In this document: one piece after another, positions 25,434-37,739 of the stretch
Layout: the number at the start of each line of letters is the position of its first letter
Position numbering within the stretch: the stretch's first letter is position 1
NCBI GenBank assembly: GCA_028534125.1
Contig: CM052817.1
Coordinates: 29,638,001 to 29,702,000 of the forward strand
DNA: 64,000 nt
From: Lama glama
Taxonomy: Eukaryota
Direction of reading: 5' to 3'
Notes under the pieces: generated by a model
Seen by the model: the letters and a program-made list of their open reading frames with translations, nothing else
What the model was told of the DNA's origin: nothing
Databases searched by the model: none
Made by a program: the position numbers and the translations under genes

Positions 25434-26042
25434 TTTTTTTTTCTTTTTTAATTGAAGTACAGTCAGTTTACAACGTTGTGTTATTTTCTGGTATATAGAA
25501 TAGTGATTCTGTTATATATATATTCCTTTTAATATTCTTTTTCATTACTGGTTATTACAAAGTATTGAATATACTTCCCTCTGCTATACAATAGAAACTT
25601 GTTTATCTATTTTCTTTCTTTGGGGAGTAATTAGATTTATTTATTTATTTTAATTGAGGTACTGGGGATTGAACCCAGGACTTTGTGCATGCTAAGCATG
25701 TGGTCTACCACTGAGCTATACTTTCCCTCCCTCATATCTATTTTATGTATAGTAGTTAATATCTGCAAATCACAAACTCCTAATTTATCCCTCTACCCAC
25801 CCTTCCCCCTGGTAACTATAAGTTTGTTTTCTATGTCTGTGATCCTGTTTCTGTTTTGTAAATAAGTTCATTTGTGTTTCTTTTTTATTTTCAGATCCCA
25901 CATGTAAGTGATATCATATGCTATTTTTTTTTCTCTTTCTGGATTATTTCTCTCAATATAACAATCTCCAGGTCCATCCATGTTGCTGCAAGTGGCATTC
26001 TTTTATTCATTTTTATGGCTGAGGAGTATTCCATTGTGTATA

Positions 26043-26045
<3 letters not shown>
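25434..26045 (-). mobile_element. Camelid-type L1 3' end, interrupted by a SINE
   Basis: Poly(T) followed by TTGAAGTACAGTCAGTTTACAACGTTGTG. Collinear with 33645-34110. Confidence 0.9.
25614..25731 (-). mobile_element. tRNA-derived SINE (camelid Vic-1 type)
   Basis: Minus strand reads GTATAGCTCAGTGGTAG (A box) ... GGGTTCAATCCCCAGTACCTC (B box), then a (TAAA)n/A-rich tail. 10-bp TSD TATCTATTTT at 25604-25613 and 25735-25744. Confidence 0.9.

Positions 26046-26047
<2 letters not shown>

Positions 26048-26087
<40 letters not shown>
26048..26087. repeat. (TG)n microsatellite
   Basis: Read directly. Confidence 0.95.
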
Positions 26088-26092
<5 letters not shown>

Positions 26093-26093
<1 letters not shown>

Positions 26094-26200
26094 CTCAAAG
26101 AACTAACAAAGCAATACTGAAGAAAAAGAATGAAGCTGGAGAAGTACGTCTAGCAGAATTCAGATAATACTACACAACTATAGTAATCAAAACAGTACAT
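26093..26200 (+). mobile_element. Inverted L1 ORF2 fragment
   Basis: Translates as NKAILKKKNEAGEVRLAEFR. Reverse-complement homolog of ~35130-35240. Confidence 0.85.
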
Positions 26201-27170
26201 ATTTTGTTAATCAAAGACTGAGGAACTTTTCAATAGATTAAAAATTAGGCACAATATTTATATCATTGCTTCTGGGAAAGCTATCTAATTTTCCATTACA
26301 TTTCTTTTTGGCACTTTTGGTATAGAGGAATGGAATCTATTTAGGGGATGATTCATTAGTTATTTTAAATAAATCCTAATAGTAGTTTGTATGTGGAGTT
26401 TTCTTTTCAGTTGTTTGTTATATTGTTTATACCTATTTTGGTAATGTTTTTGGCCAAGTCCTCTCATAATGAAAGAAGATAGACAAACCTGGTTCTAAAA
26501 CTTAAAGAAATGCACCTTAAAGTGCTCTTTTAAGAATAATTGTTACGTTTTTTGGAAAGTAATTTTTAAGAAGTCAAAAATTTGCTTGTCATCCCCCACC
26601 TTGGAATTTTAGCTAATTTATTAAAATATTATTCCTAGAAGATATATTGATGTAGAAATTACATTATTTAATGTTCTGATGGTGAAAGCTCTGCATTTAT
26701 TTACAATGAAATATTTTTAAAATACTGTAAATTAAATTAGTTAATGCTTGAATTGGGGATTTTTTAAATGTTCATATGTAAAATTTGTCTCATTTTTTTA
26801 TCATGTCCCAATTTTATCCAATTTGAGTGTCAGGATTTACTGGCCTCCTAATGACTTGAACATATTTTTCTTTCTTTTCTATCAATAGTTTTAATAATGA
26901 AATATTTATGCATGCGAAACTAGGATTTGGTGACAGTCTGGAGACTTTAGGATTGACACTTGACTGAAGACAATAAAAAAGGTAAAAAATATGAAACAAA
27001 TCAAATAATAAAAGACCTACATACATGGTGAGAAAAAAAGAAAAAAGGGCCTGAATTCAGTTGGGGCCAGGAAAGCCAGAGGAGAGCTCTTAGGATCCTC
27101 TTTGTCCTGACCTGGATACCAGTCTGGAAATGGGGCGTCAAAGGATGAGAGACTCAGCTATAGTTCTGAG

Positions 27171-27245
27171 AGGCCTACTAAGCCTAAAAATAAAAGGTCT
27201 TACTGGGTCTTAAAAATAAAAGGCCTACTGGGCCTTAAAGATAAA
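27171..27245. repeat. Three tandem ~25-bp units (AGGCCTACTGGGCCTTAAARATAAA)
   Basis: Units at 27171-27194, 27195-27220 and 27221-27245. Confidence 0.85.
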
Positions 27246-27859
27246 AGTTAGTTTTGGTGCCAAACAATAGTACCCAAAAAACTCATTGCCCCCTCACCCC
27301 AAAATGCTATGCTCTAAGATCATCCTGAAAAAGAGGAAAACAGTTCTGGCTTTTAATCTTTTGGGTTGGCCAGAAAATATCTCAGTCATGGATCTGAATG
27401 CTTGTGCCCCTAGTACCCTGATAGCTGCAAGTAAAAATCCTCTGAAGAAAGATACTATTATTCTAGGCTTCAATTTATACTAGTAATAGTTATAAGATAA
27501 AATGTTCAATGCAAAATACAATATCCAGAACAATAATGAGGCATAGAAAGCGAAAAGAAAATTTAAAAAGCAATAGGAATAAGAACAAACAAGGGGTAAA
27601 AAAAATGAATTTCAGTTTTGAAAATGATTGGGCACAGTGCTCAAAATAACTACCAACTAGCATTCTATGTCCAGCTGACCTATATATCCTCCAATTGCAA
27701 ATGTAAAATTAGCCCATTTCCGAGATTTTCAGACTGACTTTTCTCAAACAGTTGTGCTGAACTGCTGTACGATACACTATTTCAATAAAAAGAAAAGTTC
27801 TATATCTAGTGTTGTAATTTGCTGTTTAGAATATACCATTGTTCAAAAAATGACATTAA

Positions 27860-28310
27860 CTTTTTGTTTTAGAAGAAATTTAGATTGCAGGAAAGTTCCA
27901 AAGATAGTACAGAGAATTTTCATGTATTCCTTACCCAGTTTCCCACATTGTTAACATCTTACATTACCATAGTTAAAACTAGGTAACTGACGTTAGTGGT
28001 ATTACTTTTAACTGCATTCTGCATTCTAAATTTTATCTTGATTTTTGTAGCTTTTTCCCTTGATGTCTTATTTCTGTTCTAGGAATAGTCCAGGACACTG
28101 CACTGTAATTACTCATCACATCTTCTCAGTCTCCACTGAGTTTCCAATTGTTACCTTGCTTTTTGTGAATGTGGGAGTCTTCAGGAGTACCAGGCAGGTA
28201 TCCTGTAGAATGCTGCCCATTTGAGATTTTGTGACTGCTTTCACATCATTAAATAAATGTTATGGATTACTGGAAAGAATACAACAGAGATGAAGTCCCT
28301 TCTAGTCATA
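27860..28310 (-). mobile_element. L1MC-like 3' UTR fragment
   Basis: TTTAGATTGCAGGAAAGTTCCAAAGATAGTACAGAGAATTTTCATGTA...TGTTAACATCTTACATTACCAT. Confidence 0.8.
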
Positions 28311-28414
28311 CCTAGTCACATGCTCAAAACATCAGAGCTATTAATGCCTTCATTTTTGTGATAAGGGAATTAAGATCATGAAAAGTTAAATTTGCTTGTC
28401 CAGGTTCACACAAG

Positions 28415-28921
28415 CCCCAAAGATGTTCACATTCTAATCCCCTGAATCTGTAAATATTACCTTATGGGGCAAAGAGGTGAATGTCTTTCAGCAAAGGATG
28501 TGACTAAGCTAAAGATCCTGAGAGGGACTGATAATCCTGAATTATCTGGGTGGACCTAGTATAATCACAAGGATTCTCATAAGATGGAAGCAGGGGGGTC
28601 TGACAAAGAAAGGTGCTCTGTGAAGGAGGATGATGTTATGACAGAAGAGGAGAAATTAGATAAAGGGACAGATTTGGTGATGTTGCACTTTAAAGATGAA
28701 GGAAAAGGCAACAAGCCTAAGAATACAGGCTTCCTCTAGAGGCTGGAAAAGGCAAAGAAACAGACAGAGCCTCCAAACAGAAATCAGCTCTGCTGTCACC
28801 TTGATTTAGCCCTGTAAGACCTATTTTTTACTTTGAGTCTCCAGAAATTTGAGAAAATACATTTATATTATTTTAAACCACTAATTTTGTAGCAGTTTTT
28901 TGCAGCAATTGGAAACTAATG
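28415..28921 (+). mobile_element. MaLR LTR (MLT1C/D-like)
   Basis: CCCCAAAGATGTTCACATTCTAATCCC...CTCTAGAGGCTGGAAAAGGCAAAGAAACAGA...GCAGCAATTGGAAACTAAT. Confidence 0.85.
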
Positions 28922-31311
28922 GAACCAGCTAGTGTCAGAGCCACATTTCAGACTTATCTAATATTCTCGAACTGTACTTTCTATCTCAATAATTTTGAAT
29001 ATTCTTAAGTGACATGTTATAGGACTATTATGAATATGTTTTTTTTAATGAAGTCCTCCAAAATCTCCTCATGACTCAACTAAATTTGGCCTTTGTAACA
29101 GATAGTGAAAGTTCCTAAGCCATGAAACTACATCACACATTATGGCACAGAAATGAAATTATCTCTCTTTAATATCAACCCAGGCAGCATGCACTTGCTT
29201 TCCAAATTGCAACTTTTCTACTGATACTTGAATATGAGCTAAGGCATGATAATGAACCCCTAATTGTCCCCTCACTTGAAAAGGTGTGGAATAATACATA
29301 AAATGACCTCAGGGTGACTTTTCAGAATCTCATACTTACTGAAAGAAATGAAAAGAAACAAGTAATGACTAACCTCAGAGGAATATCTCCTGCTTAGTAG
29401 CACAATGTCTGGCACATATTAGAGATTAAAATATTACTTGCTGAATAAAAAATATATGGCTTTTAAAATTATTTCACAGTGAAATTAATTCAGAAAAACT
29501 TATGTCATAAATCTGCTTCATTTCTATTGTCACATAAATCTTTTATTTCAGTTCACATATAAGAGAATAACATGCTGTTATAATTACAACTATTATTACA
29601 AATTTGAACGATGTTATGTTTCTTATCTATCATTTGGAGCTAAAAAAGAGCAGTGAGTGTAGTTTCACCTGAATTAGTACTAAGGCATTTACAATAGTTG
29701 AGTATTAAATTAAATGTTATAATATACCAATTTTCATTAAATAAGCCTGGAGCTGCTTTTAAAAAAATTATTGTCACTTGAGCTAGGAATTATAACTTTC
29801 TCTATTATGTTTTATATTCATCATAAAGACTAAATTTGAAGTTAGAAGAAATGCAATGTATTGCTTTAGGCCATTTTCGAGTATACAGATTGACAGAACT
29901 TTTCTTTAAACACAGTTTACAAGAAGGAAAATTTGAACTGAAAGGAAATGGGACACAGCCATGTCTCTGTGTTTGAGTATTATAAATACCTTGGTTATGA
30001 GGGACTACCTGGAAAATACATCCTTCCTATGGACTATTCACTTGTGGTCCTATGTAATGGAAAAATACCTAGCTTTTTCTGATTATACATAAATGATCAA
30101 GGTTATACATAATAATATAAATTGGTAGAGAAATTTAGTTAGAGAATAATTAGCTGAGATAGCTGGAGTGGCTGCAAAGCATTTCCTTGGGTAAATACGA
30201 TCTTGAGGAATCCTAAGGCCCTAAATTGACAATGAATTCCTCTATTCTCTTATTTTATTCCTCTCAGGGACTCCCAAATACAGCCTTTTAAAGTTAAATT
30301 TTTCAAATTAAGACTTCCTAGATTTCATAGATTTTGTAAATGCGTATGTCAAATCGCCATGAAGACAAGACTGTGGCTTTGAATCCTCACATGATAGTCT
30401 TTTGTTTGAGTGTTTTTCTTTCTGAATAACTTTTTCCTATTTTCTAATGGTCCTAACCCACTGAATGATATTCATATCTATGAATACAAACCTAGGAATC
30501 ATAGTTGGCATGCCCTTCACTTTGAAATCCCATATCAAATAAAACGTTAGTTTTTCCTAATTTCACCTTCTTAATTATTCTTGTATCTGTCTGCTTTTCT
30601 CCATTCCCAGGACACCATACCAGTTTATCATAATATAATTTTGCAAAAATTTAAAAATATGAATCTCATGAAACTACAAAGTGAACACATATCAAGTATT
30701 TTTATTTAATTCATTATTTACTGAGAGAAGTAATAAGAGGGTAAATCTGGTTCAAAGAACATTTTGAAGTATAAGGGAGAAATAAGGTATGTAGAATCCA
30801 CGGGAGAAGACATTTTTGAAGATTTACTTCAAAGTTAGAAATAACATTGGTTTATATTCAATTACAAGGCTATAAAACTGTAAACTTTGGAGTTATGTTC
30901 TCTACCGAATAGAAATTTACAAGTTAGCAAGTAATTATATTGACTCTGAGTTCTTAACACTAAATATAAAGTCAACCTAAGTACATCCCCTTAGATAATT
31001 AAACAATCCTTATGTGAGTCTATCATTTTGCTTAATTATCAATTTTTAATTTTTTTCTAAGTGTTCTTCCCATTTTGATCATAAATAATTGCCATGGATT
31101 ATTCTCTAGCACAAAAGGCTGTTCTCATGTTTTGATCCATTTGTTTTTCATAGTGCAGAGTAATTTTTAAAATTACAAAAGTCATCAATTTACTGTGCTC
31201 AACTCTCAATACCCACGTTTTAAACCATTCAGTGCTTTCATTAATGTAGCTTGCAAGATACTGGAGTTTTAGAGACTTTTGTGCCTTTCTCATTTTAACT
31301 TAAACACTCTC

Positions 31312-31583
31312 TGGAGAAAGTGCTGAGAAAAGGGAACCCTCCTACACTGTTGATGGGAATGTAAATTGGTGCAGCCACTATTCAAAACAGTATGGAAGTT
31401 CCTTAAAAAACTAAAAATAAAATGTCCATATGATCCAGCAATCCCACTCCTAGGCGTATATCCAGAGAAAATTCTAACTGGAAAAGACACATGCACCCCA
31501 ATGTTCATAGCAGCACTGTCTGCAATAGCCAAGACATGGAGACAACTTAAATATCCATTGACAGATGAATGGATAAAGACGTG

Positions 31584-31620
<37 letters not shown>

Positions 31621-32083
31621 GAAATATTACACAGGTACTTGGTGATAAAAAAATGAAATAATGTCATTTGCAGCAACATGGATGGACCTAGAGATTATCA
31701 TACTAGGTGAAGTCAGACAGAGGAAAATAAATGTCATATACAATTACACATAAAAGTGATGTCACTTTTACGTGCAATCTAAAAAAAATGATACAGCTAA
31801 ACTTATTTACAAAACAGAAACAGACTCACAGAGATAGAAAGCAAATTTATGGTTATCAAAGGGGGAAGGCAGGGGAGGGATGAATTTAGAATTTGGGATT
31901 AACAGATACATATTACTATAAATAAAATAGATAAATAACAAGGACCTACTGTATTGCACAGGGACCTATATTCAATATCTTGTAATAAGCTATAATGGAA
32001 AAGATTCTGAAAAAGAATACTGAATCACTTTGCTGTTAACCTGAAACATTGTAAATCAACTATACTTCAGGAAAAAAAAGCAA
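31312..32083 (+). mobile_element. 5'-truncated L1 3' end with an internal (TG)n
   Basis: ORF 31366..31656 matches the ORF2 C-terminus ([14 protein letters not shown]...CTPMFIAAL). A-tail present. Probable TSD AAACACTCTC (31302-31311) / AAATACTCTC (32084-32093). Confidence 0.92.
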
Positions 32084-33439
32084 AAATACTCTCACCTTCT
32101 CCCTTGTGTACTTCTGCCTCTAGGACCTTGGATCTTCAGTTTAATCTTTTACTATGCAATAGTCCTTCCAAGACCATAGGCCTTTTCGTTTTTAGGGGTA
32201 ACACTTATGTCCTGCCTTTTTCTTCACTCATCTAATTTCTATTTAGTCTTTATAATGCAGCTCAGCAGTAACTTCCTCAGAGTGTCTTTCTGATACTCCC
32301 GTCTAAACCAGGCTCTTTACTATGTATTTTCATTGTGCTTTTATTCTTTACTTCAGAATTGTCATCTCAATTTTTAATTATGCATTATTATTAGCAGACA
32401 TATTTGATCACTGTTGGTAGAAATATATATAAATATTTATATATTTAAAAATCTCACTTTTAACACCACACCTGGCACATACTGTACAATCAGTACCTGT
32501 TTTGATTAATAGTTACAGAATTTAATGTAGCCTTCAAAATATGAACACTGTATTCTCACAGTGAATAACAGAATAAAAAAAATAGAATCTTGTGTGCCAG
32601 TATTTTCCCTTTATTATGTTAAATGACAGTCAAGATTATACCAAAGATAGTGTTAATTAAGTCAAATGCTTACGGTTTCATACAATTTATAATTTAAGTG
32701 TCAAATTAAAAAACGTATAATAATTTTACTTTATTGTAACAATTCAGTTTTTATTAGATTTCCTTTTTAAAAATTTTAGATTCTCCTGTATATTCTTTTA
32801 TGACAAGCATCATACATTTTTTTCAGTAAGTTACACACACTGACTTATAACATTGCCTTATTATAAACATATTTAAATGCCAACTTCTCAATGCACTTTC
32901 CCCATTGAATCTCACGTGTGTGATGACACATCCACCCCTGTCTTACGTTTTGCTACAATAGATCAGTGTTCTGTGTTCTAAATGAAAATGTGTACTTATT
33001 TATCAATATTCATATGAATCAGTGTAAAGCAATTCAAATAGTGTGGAAAACATAAAGATACAAAAACCACCTGAAATTTCATCCAGAGATCAATCATTGC
33101 TAACATCTTTATTATCTTCCTTGCAGACACCTTTCTACACATGCATATAATTTACGCAATGGAATAAAATTATTGATACAATTCAATGACTTTTAACAAC
33201 TTATTTTTATATATTATAAAGTAAAACATATAATAGTTAAAACTGAATGGTGATATATATCATTAAAAAAAAAAAAAACAACAAAGTCGCTTGACACATT
33301 TTTTCCTATTTCCCAGTTGTCATCCCAGAGGTATCTGCATTCAGCCATTTTAGTTGCTTTCTATTCTCCCCATATTCCCTCTGTAGATATATCATATTTT
33401 TGTTGAAATTACAATTTATTTAACTTATTAATAAATGTT

Positions 33440-33644
33440 TCAGACTTACTTAACTTGGGGTCCAAAGACGTCCACGAATTGAATTCTATAATTCTATGAA
33501 CTTAGATGAGGAAAATATTTCTATCTTCATTTCTACTGATGTCTAACTGAAATTGAGCATTTTCTTAAAATAGGAATATAGACAAAATCAAGTAGTCCTA
33601 GCAGCATATGTGTTTTTATCATAAAAAGCAATATACACATTTTT
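33440..33644. mobile_element. hAT-Charlie-like DNA transposon remnant, left part
   Basis: TTAACTTGGGGTCCA...TATGAACTTAGATG...AACTGAAATT. Continues after the L1 at 36437. Confidence 0.6.
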
Positions 33645-36436
33645 CAAACATTTCTTTTATTGATGTATCATGTGTTTACAATGTGCAATTTCTGGTGTAC
33701 AGTATAATGTTTCAGTCATTCATTTATTTACATACATATATGCCTTTTCATATTCTTTTTCATTATAGGTTACTACAAGATAGTGAATACAGTTGCCTGT
33801 GCTATACAGCTGAAAATTGTTGTTCATCTATTTTATGTATAGTAGTTAGTATCTGCAAATCTCAAACTCTCAATTTATCCCTTCCCACACTCTTTCCCCC
33901 CCGGTAACCATAAGTTTGTTTTCTGTGTCTGTAAGTCTGTTTCTGTTTTATAAATAAGTTTATTTGTGTCTTTTTAGATTCCATGTGTTTTTCTTTCCCT
34001 TTCTGGCTTGCTTCATTTAGAAGGAAGATCTCCAGATCCATACATGTTGCTGCAAGTGCCATTATTTTATTATTTTTAATGGCTGAGTAGTATTCCACTG
34101 TATAAATATACCACAACTTCTTTGTCTAATTATCTGTTGGTGGACATTTAGTTTGTTTCCATGTCTTGGCTATTGTAAATAGTGCGGCTGTGAACAATGG
34201 GATGTATGTATCTTTTTGAATTACATTCCCTCTGGATATATGCCCAGGAAAGAGATTGCTGGATCATATGGTAAGTCTATTTTTAGTTTTTTGAGGTATC
34301 TCCATGTTATTTTCCTTAATGACTGCATCAAACTACATTCCCACCAACAGTATAGGAAGGTTCCCTTTTCTCCACACCCTCTGCAGCATTTATTGTTTGT
34401 GGACTTTTTAATATTGGCCATTCTGACTGGTGTGAGGTGATACTTCATTGTAGTTTTAATTTGCATTTCTCTGATAATTAACAATATTGAGCATTTTTTC
34501 ATGTGCTGTTGGCCATTTATATGTCTTCATTGGAGAATTGCTTCTTTAGGTCTCTGCCCATTTTTTTGATCAGATTGCTTGTGGTTTTGTTTTTGTTTTC
34601 TTGTTGTTGTTGTTATTAAAGTGTATGAGCTGTTTATATATTCTGGAAATTAAGCCTTTATCAGTTGCATCATTTGCAAAAATATTCTTCTATTCCATAG
34701 GTTGACTTTTTGTTTTGCTTATGGTTTCCTTTGCTGGGCAAAAGCTTTTAAGTTAAGTAGGTCTCATTTGTTTATTTTTGCTTTTAATATTTCTATTGTC
34801 TAGGTAGACTGTCATAGGAGGACATTGCTAAGATTTATGTCAGAGAATGTTTTGCTGGTTTTCTTCTAGGAGGTTTATAGCGTCTTATCTTATGTATAAG
34901 TCTTTTAGCCATTTTGAGTTTATTTTTGTGTATAGTGAGAGGGAGTGTTCTAATTTCATTGATTTACATGGGACTCTTCAGTTTTCCCAACACCACTTGC
35001 TGAAGAGACTGTCTTTTCTCCGTTGTATGTCCTTGCCTCCTTTGTCAAAGATTAACTGACCTTAAGTCTGTGGGTTTATTTCTGGGCTCTCTGTTCTGTT
35101 CCATTGACCCGTATGTTTTTGTGTCCATACTATGCTGTTTTAATTACTGTAGCTCTGTAGTATTGCCTGAATTCTGGGAGGGTTATTTCTCCAGCTTCAT
35201 TCTTTTTTTTCTTCAGTATTGCTTTGGCAATTTGGGTCTCTTGTGATTCCATATTAATTTTAGGATTATTTTTTTCTAGTTCTGTGAAAAATGCCCTGGA
35301 TAATTTGGTAGAGATCATAGTAAATCTGTAGATTGCTTTGGTTAGTGTAGCCATTTTAACAATATTATTTCTTCCAATCCAAGAGCATGGGATATTTTTC
35401 CATGTCTTTAAGTCATCTTTAATTTCTTTACTCAGTGTTTTATGGTTCTGCATGTATAAGTTTTTTGCTTCCTTAGATACTTTTATTCCCAAGATTTTTA
35501 TTTTTTGGATGTAGTTTTAATAGGGATTGTTTCTTTACTTCCCTTTTCTGATATTTCACTGTTAGTGTAAAGAAATGCAACAGATTTCTATATGTTAATC
35601 TTGTGTCCTGCTACCTTGCCGAATTTTTTAATAAGCTCTAGTAGTTTTTGTGTGTAGCCTTTAGAACTTTATATATAGTATCATGTCATCCACATATAGT
35701 GACAATTTTAAATTTTATCTCTTCTCTTCCAATTTAGATCACTTTTATTTCTTTTTCTTGTCTGATTGCTGTGGTTAGGACTTCCAAGACTATGTTTTAT
35801 AGAAGTGGTGACTGTGGGCATCCTTGTCTTGTTTCAGATTTTAGCAGGAAGGCTTTCAACTTTTCACCATTAAGTATTATGTTGGCCATAGGTTTGTCAT
35901 AAATAGCTTTTGTTATGTTGAGATATATTCCCTCTATAACCACTTTAGAAAGAGTTTTTATCATTAATTGATGTCGAATTTTATCAGATGCTTTTTCTGC
36001 ATCTGTTGAGATAATCACGTGGTTTTTGTTCTTTCTCTTGTTGATGTGGTGTATCAAAATGATTGATTCGCATATATTGAACCATCCTTGTGTCCCTGGG
36101 ATGAATCCAACTTGATCATGATGTATAATCTTTTTTATGTGTTGTTGGATTCTGTATACTAATATATTGTTGAGGATTTTTACATCTGTGTTCATCAGTG
36201 ATATTGGCCTGTACTTTTCTTTTTTGGGAGTGTCTTTGTCTGGTTTTGGTATCAGGGTGATGGTGGCTGCATAGGATGAGTTTAAGAGTGTTCCCTCCTC
36301 TTCAATCGTTTAGAAATGTTTGAGAAGGATCAGTATGAGTTCTTTGTATGTTTGGGAGAATTTGCCAGTGAAGCCATCTGTCCTGGACTTTTGTTTGCAT
36401 GGAGGTTTTTAATTGCTGATTCTGTTTCACTTCTAG
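33645..36436 (-). mobile_element. 5'-truncated L1 (~2.8 kb: RT domain, C-terminus and 3' UTR), decayed
   Basis: ORFs 35797..36195 ([19 protein letters not shown]...TRQGCP), 35130..35492, 34221..34502 and 33862..34116 are frameshifted ORF2 pieces. Confidence 0.95.
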
Positions 36437-36814
36437 TGAAATTTAACATATTCTTAAAATAGGAATGTAGACAAAAAACCAAGTGGTCCTAGCAATATTT
36501 GTGATTTTTACTACAAAAAGCAGTGTACTTTTAAAATCACATTCAAGTTGTTGTAGAGATTTCAAAATATCCACTATGTTCATCACTAGTTACTAAGTCT
36601 ATACTAAATCTTATTTGTTTAATGAAAAGAGAAACCCATATAAAACTAAATTATATTTTTAATAATTCATGAATAATATTTAAATATAGCTAGTTTACTT
36701 TATAATATTATCTATTTTATTTTCTACCCTTGGAAACGTTAATCTGAGAAAGGGCCCATAGGTTCCACCAGACTGCCACAAATGTCTACGGCACACAAAT
36801 GTTAAAAACACCTA
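36437..36814. mobile_element. hAT-Charlie-like DNA transposon remnant, right part
   Basis: Terminus TCTGAGAAAGGGCCCATAGGTTCCACCAGACTGCCA...GGCACACAAATGTTAAAAACACCT. Confidence 0.65.
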
Positions 36815-37519
36815 ATTACATCATTAACATATAAAATTTTTCACAGCTGAATCAATTAACATAATATATTTATCTATATTTCCCTTGCTACTTTTTCCAA
36901 AATTAATAATTTTCTTGAAATGTTAAATTCTAAGCCTCTCTAGGGATTAGAATGTTTCAAATTGCTTCCTCCTCCAAAATACTGACTCTCACCAAACAAG
37001 AACCTTTACTATGCTGTTAAATACAATAATACAACCAAAAATGTGATGTCATCACTAGTTCAGTCTGTTGTGTCTTTCTTCTCTCTCTTTCTTTTAAATT
37101 TATTTTGTCTTTTTTTTTTCCTTTCAGGATGCACATGCACAGAGTCACACACAGTCACACATAATTCAATTACCTTTTTTTAAACTTGTGTTTTGGGAGG
37201 GAGAGATTAATGCTTTGTATCAATCTCTGTTTAATTATGACTTATTGGTATCCAACAGCAGGTTTCAGGCATTTTCCATGTTCATGAATGAGCTGCATTA
37301 TTATTTTAATGACTGCTTAAAATATCATAATGCATGTACTGTACTATCATTAATTTAACCAATCTCTATGATGCATACTTATTTAGTTTCTAAATAATGT
37401 TATTGTAAAAGTGGTGTTATGAATAAATCCTCTTGTGCATATAGCTTTTTGCAGTCTGATTATCTCATTAGGGTAGGTTTCTAAAAAAACAATCGCTTTC
37501 TAATGCAAAGTGTACAGAT

Positions 37520-37720
37520 TTTCTGCCTGAACTCGTATTACTCCTCCACTTACATGCTCCATGTTCTTGAGCAAATTTCTTAATTTCTCTGAGTATTTTT
37601 TCTTATGTGCATAAAGAAACTACTACAATAGTGTTATTTTATTAGATTGCTAGTGCTAATTGTTTGAGTTAATATGCATTCATTTATCTGACACAGAGTA
37701 AGTATTTATTAAATATGATT
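37520..37720. mobile_element. MIR relic
   Basis: CTTGAGCAAATTTCTTAATTTCTCTGAG...TCTGACACAGAGTAAGTATTTATTAAATA. Confidence 0.55.
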
Positions 37721-37739
37721 ATTATTACTGATATAGTAA

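Noticed and set aside
25640..25725. tRNA gene
   Set aside because: The A/B boxes are followed by an A-rich tail and flanked by a TSD, so this is a SINE head.
27171..27245. CRISPR-like array
   Set aside because: The units are directly tandem with no spacers, there are no cas genes, and the context is mammalian.
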